DNA of 63,877 nucleotides, the filler included, from Kipferlia bialata (taxonomy: Eukaryota): assembly GCA_003568945.1 (NCBI GenBank). It is 6 parts of 5 records of this genome, joined end to end, with 100 filler letters (N's around TTAATTAATTAA, not from the genome) between each part and the next. Parts side by side here need not be neighbours in the genome. Positions count along the whole stretch, not along the records: positions 46,836 to 52,915 come from BDIP01000696.1; positions 53,016 to 61,401 come from BDIP01000696.1; positions 61,502 to 63,877 come from BDIP01000843.1; 3 more parts are not named here. One strand, written 5' to 3'. The notes beneath the pieces were generated by a model, which saw only the letters and a program-made list of their open reading frames with translations, had not been told where the DNA came from and did not search any database. The translations under genes and the position numbers were made by a program. Shown here one piece after another: positions 52,801 through 63,877 of the stretch. The first letter of the stretch is position 1. Each line of letters opens with the position of its first letter.

Positions 52801-52915
52801 CTGGGGGTGAAGAGAGATAGAGAATAGGGGGGGGGGACTCTGCATCAAGGGTAGAGCGTCAGTAGTGCAAGTAAGGGAGGGGGGGGGGGGAGGGAAGAGG
52901 GGGGGGCGGGGGGGC

Positions 52916-53015
52916 NNNNNNNNNNNNNNNNNNNNNNNNNNNNNNNNNNNNNNNNNNNNTTAATTAATTAANNNNNNNNNNNNNNNNNNNNNNNNNNNNN
53001 NNNNNNNNNNNNNNN
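52916..53015. other. Artificial contig/scaffold spacer (flanked by poly-G)
   Basis: N44-TTAATTAATTAA-N44. Confidence 0.97.
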
Positions 53016-53357
53016 GGGGGGGGGGGGAGGGGGGGGGGGGGGGGGGGGGGGGGCCTGGGAGTCAGGGGAGGGGTATGGCATGGAATGCTGGCCACTATGT
53101 GTCAATATCCACACTCCATCCAGAGCCATACATCATAGTGCAAAACAGTACCGGTATCAATACTGACACCCGCTGAAATACTTTCGCCAATACACCACAT
53201 ACACGCGCAGCAGTAGTCATACACTACATATAACACAAGAAGAGCTACGTATGCCTTAAACATCCCAGAAGTAGGTCAATATCCAATGTAAGATACAACG
53301 GTACCGGTACCGGTACCAAATAGTATCCAACACTCACACAAACATGAGTGTCACTCA

Positions 53358-53617
53358 CCATCCTTCATCCATCACACACATGCGGGGCATACAGCTTCAC
53401 ACAACACGCAGAGAGTACATATACACATACAACATAGAGTATATAGTAGACACATACAGTAATGCAGTGCCATACATGCACTCCCCCACCACATAGAGCA
53501 CCACCCCAAACCCCTATCCATACAGCACCACCCCCACCCACCTACTGCATCGCATCTGGCCACTCTGTCCAGCAGGACAGAGTATATCTGGTACAGCTGG
53601 TCCAGAAGCTGAACCAT
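53358..53617 (-). CDS. 5' exons of a hypothetical gene truncated at the contig end
   Basis: MVQLLDQLYQIYSVLLDRVARCDA followed by a gtaggt donor; a second short exon ends at a gtgagt donor near 53358. Confidence 0.3.
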
Positions 53618-54094
53618 TGTTTAGAGGGGTCTCTCTAGCTGTGTCGGTCGGTGTGACTCTCTCAGTCTCTCGACTATCTGCTCTCTGCTCCTGTCTATAC
53701 GTATGGGTAGTCCCAGTACACCACTACCTCACTCACTCCGGTATTGAGAAGGCATGTGCTGTACACAATTTCAGCACTTCTCGAGTTTCCAAACACTTCG
53801 ATTTGCAAAAAGGGTCTAAATATAGACCACCTCAGAATATCGTCACACACTTCTCCAGTGCGATTCTTCCTTATGCTACCAATAGAGCTACGCACACGTG
53901 CTATCACTGTCGATGGGTAATAAAGAGATGCCCTTGCTCCTTCCGAAAACTGGCTCTGTGTTTTTGGCATTGGACCCTTACTCTTCAGTGCGTTGTGATT
54001 CACAATGTGAAACTCGATCGTGGCAACCACGCTGTTACTGATACATTTATTTGGGCACAGGTTCAGATACAGACTCACTTGAGATACAAAACTA

Positions 54095-55278
54095 CAGTCT
54101 CAGACCACCCTGGAACATACTGCAGCCTTGGTCACCAGGTGTCACGTGGATACATGTGTTAGCCATCACCTATACACCCGTTGATAAGGTGTAGAGTGTG
54201 TCTCCCTCCCAGCTGATCACTCCACCATCTTGAGCACGTCCTGCCTCCTCCTCTTCTCCCTCTTGATCAAGGCACGCACTCGGTCAGGGCCTGGGTCAGG
54301 GGGGAGGGAGGGGGTGGGGGGAGTGTCATGTATACACATATACACATATACTAATACTAGCCTGGGTCAGGGGGGAGGGGGAGGCAGGGGTTGGGGGACA
54401 CTAATATACAATTTTGTATATACAATGTGAGACTGAGACCACATCCCCTCACCTAACTGGTCTATCAACACTGGGAACTTGGCGGATGGAGTCTTGACTG
54501 ACACCTTGCCAATCTAAAGGGGTGAGGGGGAGACAGTTGGGTAGATATATATATTGAAGAATATTGCAATGTATGCCTATATATGTATCCATTGATATCC
54601 CATCCCCTCCGTACCATTGGGTCATCTGTAGGCACCAGGGTGAACTCGAGGGTGACTACAATCTAATAGGGTCAGAGACATGGGGGTATAGGGTATGAGG
54701 GTTCAGTGGTAGTATACTCATATATCACAGTGTCAGTAGTCGACAGACGGACCGTACTGAGGGTAAGTCGGAAGGTATGAGACATATGGAGATAGGAGGG
54801 GCAGGAGAGAGGAGGAGGTAGTCTTGCCATGTACCTTAGGGTATGGTGTGCCGGGCTTCAGCTCAAAGAACTCCACATTGACACTGAACTCCTGGGGGTG
54901 GGGGGAGGGGGCATACATGTTTGTGAGAATAGAGAGGCAGTCAGTGAATGGGTCACTCTGCTTTCATTATACCCCAGCAGCATCATAGTAGCTCCCCCTC
55001 TCTATAGGTATACACCGACTAGCTGCATCATCATATCCTCATTCTTCTCTCTCACTCTCTATACATATATGAGTATAGTACCTGCATCATCATATCCTCC
55101 TCCTCCTCCTCCTCCTCCCCGTCCCTGTCAGCAGCGGCAGAGTCAGCTATCTGGTGGTCCAGATCACCTATGGGTTAGCATCGTGTATGGGCAGACATAT
55201 ATATATATATACGTATATATATATCATATGCATACAATCAACTCGTACTTAGCTGTCTTGCGTTCAAGGTATGTGAAA

Positions 55279-55321
<43 letters not shown>

Positions 55322-55817
55322 GGAAAGGGGGGGGGGGGGGGAGAGAGAAAGGATGGATGTGCCCGTCCTGGGAATAAGGAAGAGGAGGGGGGTGGGGGTA
55401 TATATATATATCGTCTCCACAAGGAGTGAGTTGGGTGAGAGAGACGCAATGAGAGAGAGATGGAGGGCGGAAGGGTGGGGGGGGGGGGGAGAGGGAGAGA
55501 CCTCCACTTTACCTATATACACTATACTCTCAAACCACTGGATAGCTGGTGAACACCCACTCAACAGACATATATGGCACATAACCCACTATACACATCT
55601 CCGTATGAACCAATCACCACTGTCAGACCAATACACACACCTTAGCACCCACAGACTCCTCTAGAACCCCCATGGAGCCCCAAATCTCCTTCCCCAATCC
55701 CACATCAGCGCTCTTCTCATCCGTAGAGCAGTGGGCAGCGCCTAGAAACAGCAATACTGCTGCAAAGCAGCAGCATCGTAGAAACAACCCTCTATAAGGG
55801 TGTGTACTCGAAGTCAT
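54095..55817 (-). CDS. Hypothetical protein with putative signal peptide; 3' end approximate
   Basis: First exon MTSSTHPYRGLFLRCCCFAAVLLFLGAAHCS-TDEKS... Later exons EFSVNVEFFELKPGTPYPK, IVVTLEFTLVPTDDPM, IGKVSVKTPSAKFPVLIDQL have canonical splice sites. Confidence 0.5.
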
Positions 55818-56423
55818 AGCCGATACCCGGGTGCTGGTGTGTAAAAGACACCCCAAGACCCCAGGTTCAGGCTATTATTGGTGGAAAACACACCTGGGGG
55901 TCGATGTCCATGTGAATATCTGGGGGCAGGAGGCATCTCACTACAGTGCTTGCATTGAGGGTATCATTCGGCACAGACACATTCAGAAGTCAAGTACTTA
56001 GCCCATACTACTCGTATGCCAGTAATACTAGTGTATGGGCATGGTCAGGCTCGACTAGGACTCAATGAAGAGAGTAACACAGTTGTTACTAACAGATCTA
56101 CTCACTTCCATAAATCATTGGATACTGCACCCTTTTCTCTTTGAGAATAGCAACCTTCAAAACGCAATTTGGTTCGCATTACTCGAAGCGTCCTATGTCT
56201 CCACACAAAGATCAGTATAAGAACTAGTATATCTACTGATACCAAACGGCAGTGATTATGTAAAAACATAACATAGCGTACACTAGTAAGACGAGAAGTC
56301 TCCTTGTATGCACTGAGTTCAATTTGGAATTGGGTGTCCAATGGATAGCTCACAATACAGCATATAGAATAGATCTTCCATTGGGAGAACCACACATATT
56401 GTACATCTATTTGGACTGATGGG

Positions 56424-59400
56424 TCACCGGTACAGGACCTCATCACCCTCATAGTACCTAAGGACCTGGGGGTGAGTATTACAATCCATATATATATAGT
56501 ACCCATCACTGGTATGTATTCTGGGTATATACTAACCTGGTACTTCTTGTCCTGTGCCCTGGCCACTGCCTTGAGCTCCCTGACCCTGGGGTGAATATAT
56601 ATGTATATATATATATATATATGTATATAATTCTATATATAGACATTATAAGAGAATAAGAGGTGAGGGGGTGAATATATATATATAGATATAATATGTA
56701 GATATTATAAGAGATGTATGTGTGTAGACATGGCCACTGCCTTGAGCTCTCTGACCCTGGGTGAGGGTATGTATATAACTAGAATACATATGTATATATG
56801 ATATTATAGTTATGTATATATGACATTATAGTTATGTATATATGATATTATAGATAGAGATATATGTGTGTAGACATGGCCACTGCCTTGAGCTCTCTGA
56901 CCCTGGGTGAGGATATAGCACATTTGGTATTACACTAATCTATTAGTATATATACAAATATTACAATACACATATATATGAAAGAGAGGCACACTATCAT
57001 TTACCTCCCCTTCGTCCTGTCTCTCCCCCTCTCCACATCTGGGGGCAGCATGTAGTCAGGGTGGGACGGGCAGGACCTGAGGGATAAGTAGGTGTATACT
57101 AATACATATATATATATATATTTAGGGGCATCATCTAGTCAGGGTGGGAGGGACATGATCTGTGGTAAGTATATATATATATAGAGAGAGAGAGAGCATG
57201 TAGTCAGGGTGATAGGGGCATGACCTGGGGTTAGTATGTATACAAAGAGAGAGAGAGAGAGATCATCTGGGGGCAGCATGTAGTCAGGGTGGGAGGGGCA
57301 GGACCTAGGATTAGTATATATATATATATATATATATACATACACCCACCTATCCACATGCTCCAGGTCTATGCCTTCTGTGTCTGGCACAGTGCCGGGC
57401 TGGGGTGAGAGTGTATCTAGACGATATGCATTTATATGCCGACCAAAATGTGTCTGCAACAGTGCCAGAGGCTAGGATAAATAATAGTGTATAGAATACC
57501 CACATACAATATACTAAACCCTATACCTTTGGCATTGATGAGGGGTCCTTGTTCAAAAACCGTTCCGCATACACAGTATGGCACTTCTTCTCAACCCTGA
57601 GGGTGAGACTCATAGTCACAGGATACCAATGGAGTATGTGTTTCATATGCATATATTTACCTATATCTACATACCTGTCGAGTATGACACTCTGCATGGT
57701 GCACTGTAGTGGGTACTTGGGGGTACGGCCAGCTCGGGAGGCAGCAAACTAGGGAATTGGAGAGAGCAATATAGATGCTGAGGCAACAAACAAATATGTG
57801 GGACGCTGCATACAAGAAGTATATTGAGAGACTTGTTCCTCCTGCATATGACAAGAATGCATATATGAATCTATGTGAGAATTAATAAATATACCTGGGA
57901 TGCAGTGAGAGATGCCCGTGGAGACTGTGTGAAGTGGGAGGTTGAGTGGGTGGACATGGATGGGACACGGCTCTGGTTGTCTGGGGTCCTTGGCCCTAGG
58001 TACTTCTGGGTACTGCCACTCAGTAACGAGTCAGTACCAGCTGCAGGTGACACTGGGACAGCTATGGACAGTGGAGTGTGGTGCTCCCCAGCGTGTATAG
58101 GGGAGTGTGTATCCATGGCAGTACGCTCTCTCTGTCTGTATGTGTGTGCATCTGTGTGTGCATGTGGTACTGGTAGGCAGGGAATGGGTGAGGAGGAGGG
58201 GCTCTTTCTCTCCCTCTCTCTCTCTCTGCCCCTCTCTCTGCCCCTCTCTGTTGGTGACACCAACCCTCCACGCACACTCTGACTAACCATCTCTCTCTCC
58301 CTCCCCCTAGATACCTCTCTCTCCCTATCTCTCCCCCTTGATATCTCTCTCTCCCCTTGTGTTGGTGAGGGTGCGGGAGAACCCAGGATGCCGTAGGAGC
58401 CCTGCCTGACATATTAGATGGATTACGCAAACACATTACAGAAAAGAAATAATTCGGGCTCAATACTGCTCTATATATATTGTGAGAATAATATATATAG
58501 AGTCAACCACACAAATGTAAAAATGTATGTATACGAACCTACTCATCATGGGACTGGGACCGGCATCGTATGTGGCATGGTATGCCCTGACATGAGATCG
58601 ATACATATGTATGACATGAATGATATAATAGTATATCATATTTCTCGTCTGCATAGTCTCTGAAAGTACAATATACCTCTCTCGCACATTCAAAACAATG
58701 TATATAAATATGCATATACATAATATACCTCTTGCTCTGCCTCATCCTGGCAATGGCACCCATCTATATACATACACACACACTATATCTTATGCATATA
58801 TATACTATTCTATATACTATATACTACAAACTATAGATACCTCTTGCTCTGCCTCATCCTGGCGATGGCACCCTCAGTCAGCACAGAGGTCTGAGGGTAA
58901 GGGGTAGGTAGATATGTATGTATAGAGAGTGAGGGGGGGGGAGAGAGACACCCTTGAGACATATACAGAAAAGTTCTCATCCACAATAATACATAACATT
59001 TATACTTAGAGAGAGAGAGAGAAAGAGAGAGAAAGTTGATACCTCCTTTGGCGACAGACACACCCTGGAGACTTATACAGAATAGTTCTCATTCACAATT
59101 ATATTTAACTCTTACCGTCAGAGAGAGAGAGAGAGAGAGAGAGGGAGGGATAGAGAGAGATCTGTACCTCCTTTGGGGACAGACACACCCTCGAGGCTGG
59201 TGACCCACTGTGAATGGAGCGGGGAGAGGAACTGGCCCTGACAGACCTACTATGAGGTATACAGGTAGAGAGAGTAATGCAAGATGTACATATGATAACT
59301 TATGGCATTCCAGAAGCCCCAAGGACTGCTGGCTCTGACTGAAATACTTGTGTGTAAATATAGTACATTAATACATACACAATAACTATTGGAGGGTGGT

Positions 59401-60980
59401 GACCGCATCCATTGGGAGAAGGCAATATACAAACATGGTACATATAGAAATATAGTACATATATTAATAGTCATAGGTATATACAATATATATATATATG
59501 TATAATGCATGTTGGAAGTAAATACTTGGTACATATGTATATATATATAATACATACCTGTTGGAGGGTGGAGACCGCATCCACTGGGAGAAGACAATAT
59601 ATATCTATATATATATGATACATAGAATATATATATATATAAGAATATAGTACATATGTAGGAATACTATACCTGTTAGAGGGTGGTGACTGCATCCACT
59701 GTGAGAAGGACCCTCTCTCAGCCACAGTATCTCTGTCTCTCTCTCTCTGCCCTAGGGTAGGGGTGCCTAGTGGGGTACTCCTAGTACTGCCTCTCAGAGG
59801 GGTGGACCCCCTCCCTCTCTCCCTCTCTCTCCCCCTCCCACTCTGGTGGTAGGTGCCGTTGCCACTCCTCAACACCCTGGAGTGAGGGAGGGGAGGGGGG
59901 ATACATGTGTATGGAAGTAGCTAGAGAGGGAATAGTGGCATTGTCACTCCTCAGTACAATAGGTATGAGAGGGGGGGAGGGGAGGCGTGAGATATGCAAA
60001 TGGAATCACGGACAAGTTACATAGTGGCATATACCACGTATTGGTGGATACAAAAATAGGTATGGATACATAGATCCATATATACCTTGTGACATCCAAG
60101 AGGTAGTTCCTTGACCCCCTCTCCTCCCCGTCCTGGGTGGCTGCTCTAGCTAGGGACTGCAATGCCTGGTGTAAGGGAGAGAGATATACATACATAGAGA
60201 GAGAGAGAGAGAGGCAGCCCTGGCTTGGGACTGCAATGCCTGGTGTAAGGGTGGAGGAAGGCAGAGAGAGAGAAGGAGCGTATACTACATACCGGGTGGC
60301 AGCCCTGACAAGGGAGGACAAGGAGAAAGTGTTGGAAGAGAGTTGCATATATAATACAGATTGAGAGAGGGAGAGTCACGCCAGAGGAGACTGCACGTGT
60401 GAGAGAGTACCAATAGAGTACCTATACACAGATGAATACAGAGACACAGAAACTGGCAAACAAAGGAGCGACAGACAGTGATACAAGAGGCAACCAAGAA
60501 CAATATAAACACATCAGAGCGTCAATTGGGGACGCTACGATAACGTGAAAGGTGTCACTGGGAAACAGTGTGAGTAGTAGGGCTACTATATAGACCGACA
60601 CACACCTGACTGGGGGGTGATCCCTTAGACACCGACACAGGTGCCACGTGTGACCCTGTCCTGTGTCTGTGTGATGCAGCTATGGAGCGCAGGGTCGACA
60701 GAGAGTGGGTGCCATCCCCCCTCCCTCCGCTCATCGCATTCTCCTGCAGCCGGGTGGCTATCGGCGAGTACACCATGCGACCAGTGTTGCCCCTGGAGGC
60801 CCTAGGGGAGTCTGGGCGCTGTGTGGCCACAAAGAGTGACCCAGAGGACTCAGAACGGGCCAAATCCATCAGGGTCGGGTTTCCATCCCTCTCTGTGCCG
60901 CAATCCTCATCTCTCAGGTCGTCATAGCGCATAGTGTCCGAGCCAACCCTAAATCGTGGCTCTGAGTCACCAATCGGCAT
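56424..60980 (-). CDS. Ser/Pro/Arg-rich multi-exon hypothetical protein
   Basis: Starts MPIGDSEPRFRVGSD (60980). The last exons splice in frame FAASRAGRTPKYPLQCTMQSVILDR-VEKKCHTVYAERFLNKDPSSMPK-PGTVPDTEGIDLEHVDR-SCPSHPDYMLPPDV..-VRELKAVARAQDKKYQ-VLRYYEGDEVLYR-TGA (56424-56426). Confidence 0.65.
56560..57310 (-). repeat. Exon-echo arrays for two consecutive exons
   Basis: Three copies of ccag|GGTCAG.GAGCTCAAGGCAGTGGCCA and four copies of ag|.TC.TG..C.T.CCACCCTGACTA. Confidence 0.9.
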
Positions 60981-61139
60981 CTATTGGCACTACAAGAGCA
61001 CCTCAATCCCTGAAATGGCTCAAGGTGGCACTGAGCGACGGTTCAAGAATGGCGTCTGAAAAATGTGTAAGGGTGTAGGCGTCCACCTGATGTGCGCTCA
61101 TGGTGCTCTATCACTCAATAGCAAGGGCTACCGGTGTAG

Positions 61140-61302
61140 GTGCAGGCCGCTCTGCGTGTAATGGTGCGCAAGCCGCCCCCTCCCGATCTCCTGCTGGCCT
61201 CCGGTCTTCCTGCCTGCCTGTGGGATGAGACCTTCCCCACTCTAGATGCAATGCTGAAGCGTATGAATCTACTCACTTGCGGCAGCTGGACAAAGGGAGA
61301 AG
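61140..61302 (+). CDS. Probable exon of a divergently transcribed gene, truncated by the contig end
   Basis: GC-rich open frame VQAALRVMVRKPPPPDLLLASGLPACLWDETFPTLDAMLKRMNLLTCGSWTKGE ending at a gtagga donor followed by microsatellite. Confidence 0.35.
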
Positions 61303-61343
61303 GTAGGATATATGTATACATATGCAGGTCTCACTCTCCCTCC

Positions 61344-61380
<37 letters not shown>

Positions 61381-61401
61381 CCCCCCCCCCCCCCCCCCCC
61401 C

Positions 61402-61501
61402 NNNNNNNNNNNNNNNNNNNNNNNNNNNNNNNNNNNNNNNNNNNNTTAATTAATTAANNNNNNNNNNNNNNNNNNNNNNNNNNNNNNNNNNNNNNNNNNN
61501 N
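61402..61501. other. Artificial contig/scaffold spacer
   Basis: N44-TTAATTAATTAA-N44. Confidence 0.97.
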
Positions 61502-61589
61502 AAAAAGGGAGGGGGGGAGGGGGGGGGGGGGGGGGGGGGGATGGAGAATTGGTTCGATACTATTCTCCTACACTGTCTCTCCTGTATAC

Positions 61590-61768
61590 CTGTCTGTAGT
61601 TGAGTGTGAAGCTGTTGACCACCATGCTACTCTGGTTGAGGGTGGCAATCATCAGGAAGGCCCCACTGACCCCCACACATGACTTCAGCTTAGTCATCCT
61701 CAGCAACTGCATGCTCAACGACACAACCACACCCCCTATGATGGCAACGCCATAGAACACCTGGAAGG
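61590..61768 (-). CDS. Exon of a multi-pass membrane protein (gene truncated)
   Basis: ctcaccccag acceptor; AFQVFYGVAIIGGVVVSLSMQLL...CVGVSGAFLMIATLNQSSMVV (two hydrophobic segments); gtatac donor. Confidence 0.5.
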
Positions 61769-62319
61769 CTGGGGTGAGAGGGGATGTACCACGTGTCACA
61801 TCTACGTCTATCAACCGTTAGTTTCTATGGCTGTTGACACATTCAGATGCAATGATTGGTACATCGCACCTGTCTGGGAGGGACACAGCGAAGCGTACTC
61901 CGCAGAGGCCAAGCAAGTACCAGACATTGTCAGTGAGAGAATGGGCTTCTTTTTCTATATATATCGAAGGAAGGAGGTTCCCATTTCGGTGTGCAAGACT
62001 TGATTTGAACTGAACCCTTTTGTCACCACTATTCGCGGACAGCCATCCTCTGAACCGTTCTTCAGCATGTCTGTCATGTTGTGTTCTCTGTTGCCGACAT
62101 ACTAGGGATGGGCAGGCCTACATGTCAGTATGAAGGTTGTACATCATTGTAAGGAGTGTTACCATTACATTAGAGCCTGCTCAGTCCTGCCAAATTGACA
62201 CCCAACTTCTATTGAATCAGCATCTATCACACACACACATACATTACATACACTAAACACACAAACAAACACTGGAACCCGCCACAGACACTGTGGCCCA
62301 CACTCTAATCCCTGCTATG

Positions 62320-63812
62320 TCATACTACAGGGTCTCCCTGTCTGTCTGTGCCTGCCTCCACTCTGATACCACACTGGAGAGCAGAAACTACGGTGAGGGA
62401 TATGGGTGTTGGAGAGGGTTGGGGGGAGTGCAGTACAAATATGTGACTGGATATTCTACTACCCAAAGCTAGCATACACATACATACCTTGAACTGAGGG
62501 CACGACTGGATGGCGCTGGGGTTGCGCTGCAGCCTGAATGGTGAGGGAGATAGGGGGTGTCCAAGTGTCAGCAAGGTGATACACGTCAAAGACACCTACA
62601 CCCACCTGAGAGCCATGACTGTCTCCATGACCATCTCCACACAGTGTCTGAGGGAGGTCGGGGGAGGGATACCCTGGCCAGTGACTAGGGGTACTAGGTG
62701 GGACAGGGCAACAAAGGTGGAGGAGCGACCAAGGCCTGGAGGGTGGGTACGGGGGAGTAGTATACAGTAACCTTCACTAGAGATGCGGTGGTGTGCTAGG
62801 TGGTAATACACATACCTGCCGAGCAGTGGCTCATGATGGGGCATGTGTACCCCCCCTCCTCCTCGTCCGTCTCCTCAAACAGATGCATCATGGACATGCG
62901 GGGGATGCGCATGCGGGATGCTACGTTGGCCTGAAGTGAGGGGGGGGGGGGCAGTAGAATGATGATGCATGTCTTTGTTCACATAGTGCATACCTCTGCC
63001 CCTGGGGCCTCTCTGTACGATGCACACCTAGCCTGGACAGCGGGGTCTTCCATGTGTCTGGCAGCCAATCTGTTGGCATAGACACTGGGGGTAAGGTAAC
63101 ATAACAGGGAAGCTTTACGTTACGTGAGATATCGGTCTTACCTAGCAGTGATGAGGGGCCCTGCCCCCTGTGGTGCCTCGTAGTCAGGCCACTCACTGTA
63201 CACGATGAAGGTGACAGAGTGCGTGTACTGGGGGTCAGAGGGAGACAGAGGGTGTGAGACTGTAGGGACAGTATACATAATCATATTCACATACACGTAT
63301 GTATATACGCACACCCACCTCCTGTGCCGTGGGGTGCCGTCTGACCCTGAGGTCATGTGTGTATGACACCAGGTTGTCCTTGAGCTGGGCCACTCTCTTT
63401 AGTTCACTTGAGACAACAACCCTACCGTCCACGGTCAGGGGCTTCTCCCAGTAGGGGAAGATCTGGGGTGAGAGGGGTATCGAGAGAGGGTCACTCTTGC
63501 TGAGATAGGGTAACCACTTTCTACCCCACAACCACACATATACACAGACAATATGTGTAGTACATACACAGTGTGTACCTTCTGCATGAAGAGGTCGTCC
63601 TCCCTGAGTACAACCACCACGGCAGGGATGTCTGATGGTCAGCAAAGTATAGGTAGGGCATAGCTACCCTGACACCTCTGCATGCAATATACATGCCCAG
63701 ACAGTATCGACACTCACCATATGCTGCTATGAGCTGTGCGTATCTGGGCACGTTGTGTGCCTGGGGTGCCTCGCCTATCACATACTGGTCTCCATGGGCT
63801 AGACGGATGTGG
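62320..63812 (-). CDS. Multi-exon hypothetical protein (5'-partial)
   Basis: Exons with canonical splice sites: HIRLAHGDQYVIGEAPQAHNVPRYAQLIAAY, SDIPAVVVVLREDDLFMQK, IFPYWEKPLTVDGRVVVSSELKRV, YTHSVTFIVYSEWPDYE. Confidence 0.5.
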
Positions 63813-63877
63813 CTGGGGGTGAGGGGGGGGGGGGGGGGGGGGGAGGGGGGGGGGGGGGGGGGTTCTCCAATGATCCC

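Noticed and set aside
52860..53055. Long poly-G/poly-C tracts as G-quadruplex or telomere-like elements (also 55279-55340, 61378-61540, 63813-63862)
   Set aside because: They are intronic homopolymers mostly at contig ends, where length is unreliable; there is no telomeric repeat unit.
62900..62931. ANVASRM resembling the class III cyclase VNxASRM motif
   Set aside because: There is no preceding GDT and no other cyclase motif in the neighbouring exons.

Overview
Intron-rich eukaryotic genomic DNA: six sequence blocks joined by artificial 100-nt spacers (N44-TTAATTAATTAA-N44). Branch sites fused to the 3' splice site (YTNAC-n3-YAG), (TA)n/(CT)n-filled introns and kelch-type and Ig-repeat proteins suggest a free-living fornicate/metamonad such as Kipferlia (inference only). 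Manual exon reading supports a divergent cullin-like gene, two paralogous RING-H2 genes flanking a hemolysin-III/PAQR gene, an AMMECR1-family gene, a kelch-type propeller gene, a long coiled-coil gene, an intronless Ig-repeat membrane protein and several hypothetical genes. Most ORF-track entries are microsatellite artefacts. The main discovery is a pervasive 'exon echo' architecture. Many intact exons are preceded by copies of [3' splice site + 5' half of the exon] and followed by copies of [3' half + 5' splice site]. The copies differ mostly at synonymous positions, often break at a shared pivot, decay with distance from the intact exon, and have broken ends capped in a strand-symmetric way by (CT)n then (TA)n. 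This suggests repeated break-and-replace of exons by nested insertion as a mechanism of intron growth; haplotype mis-assembly must still be excluded.
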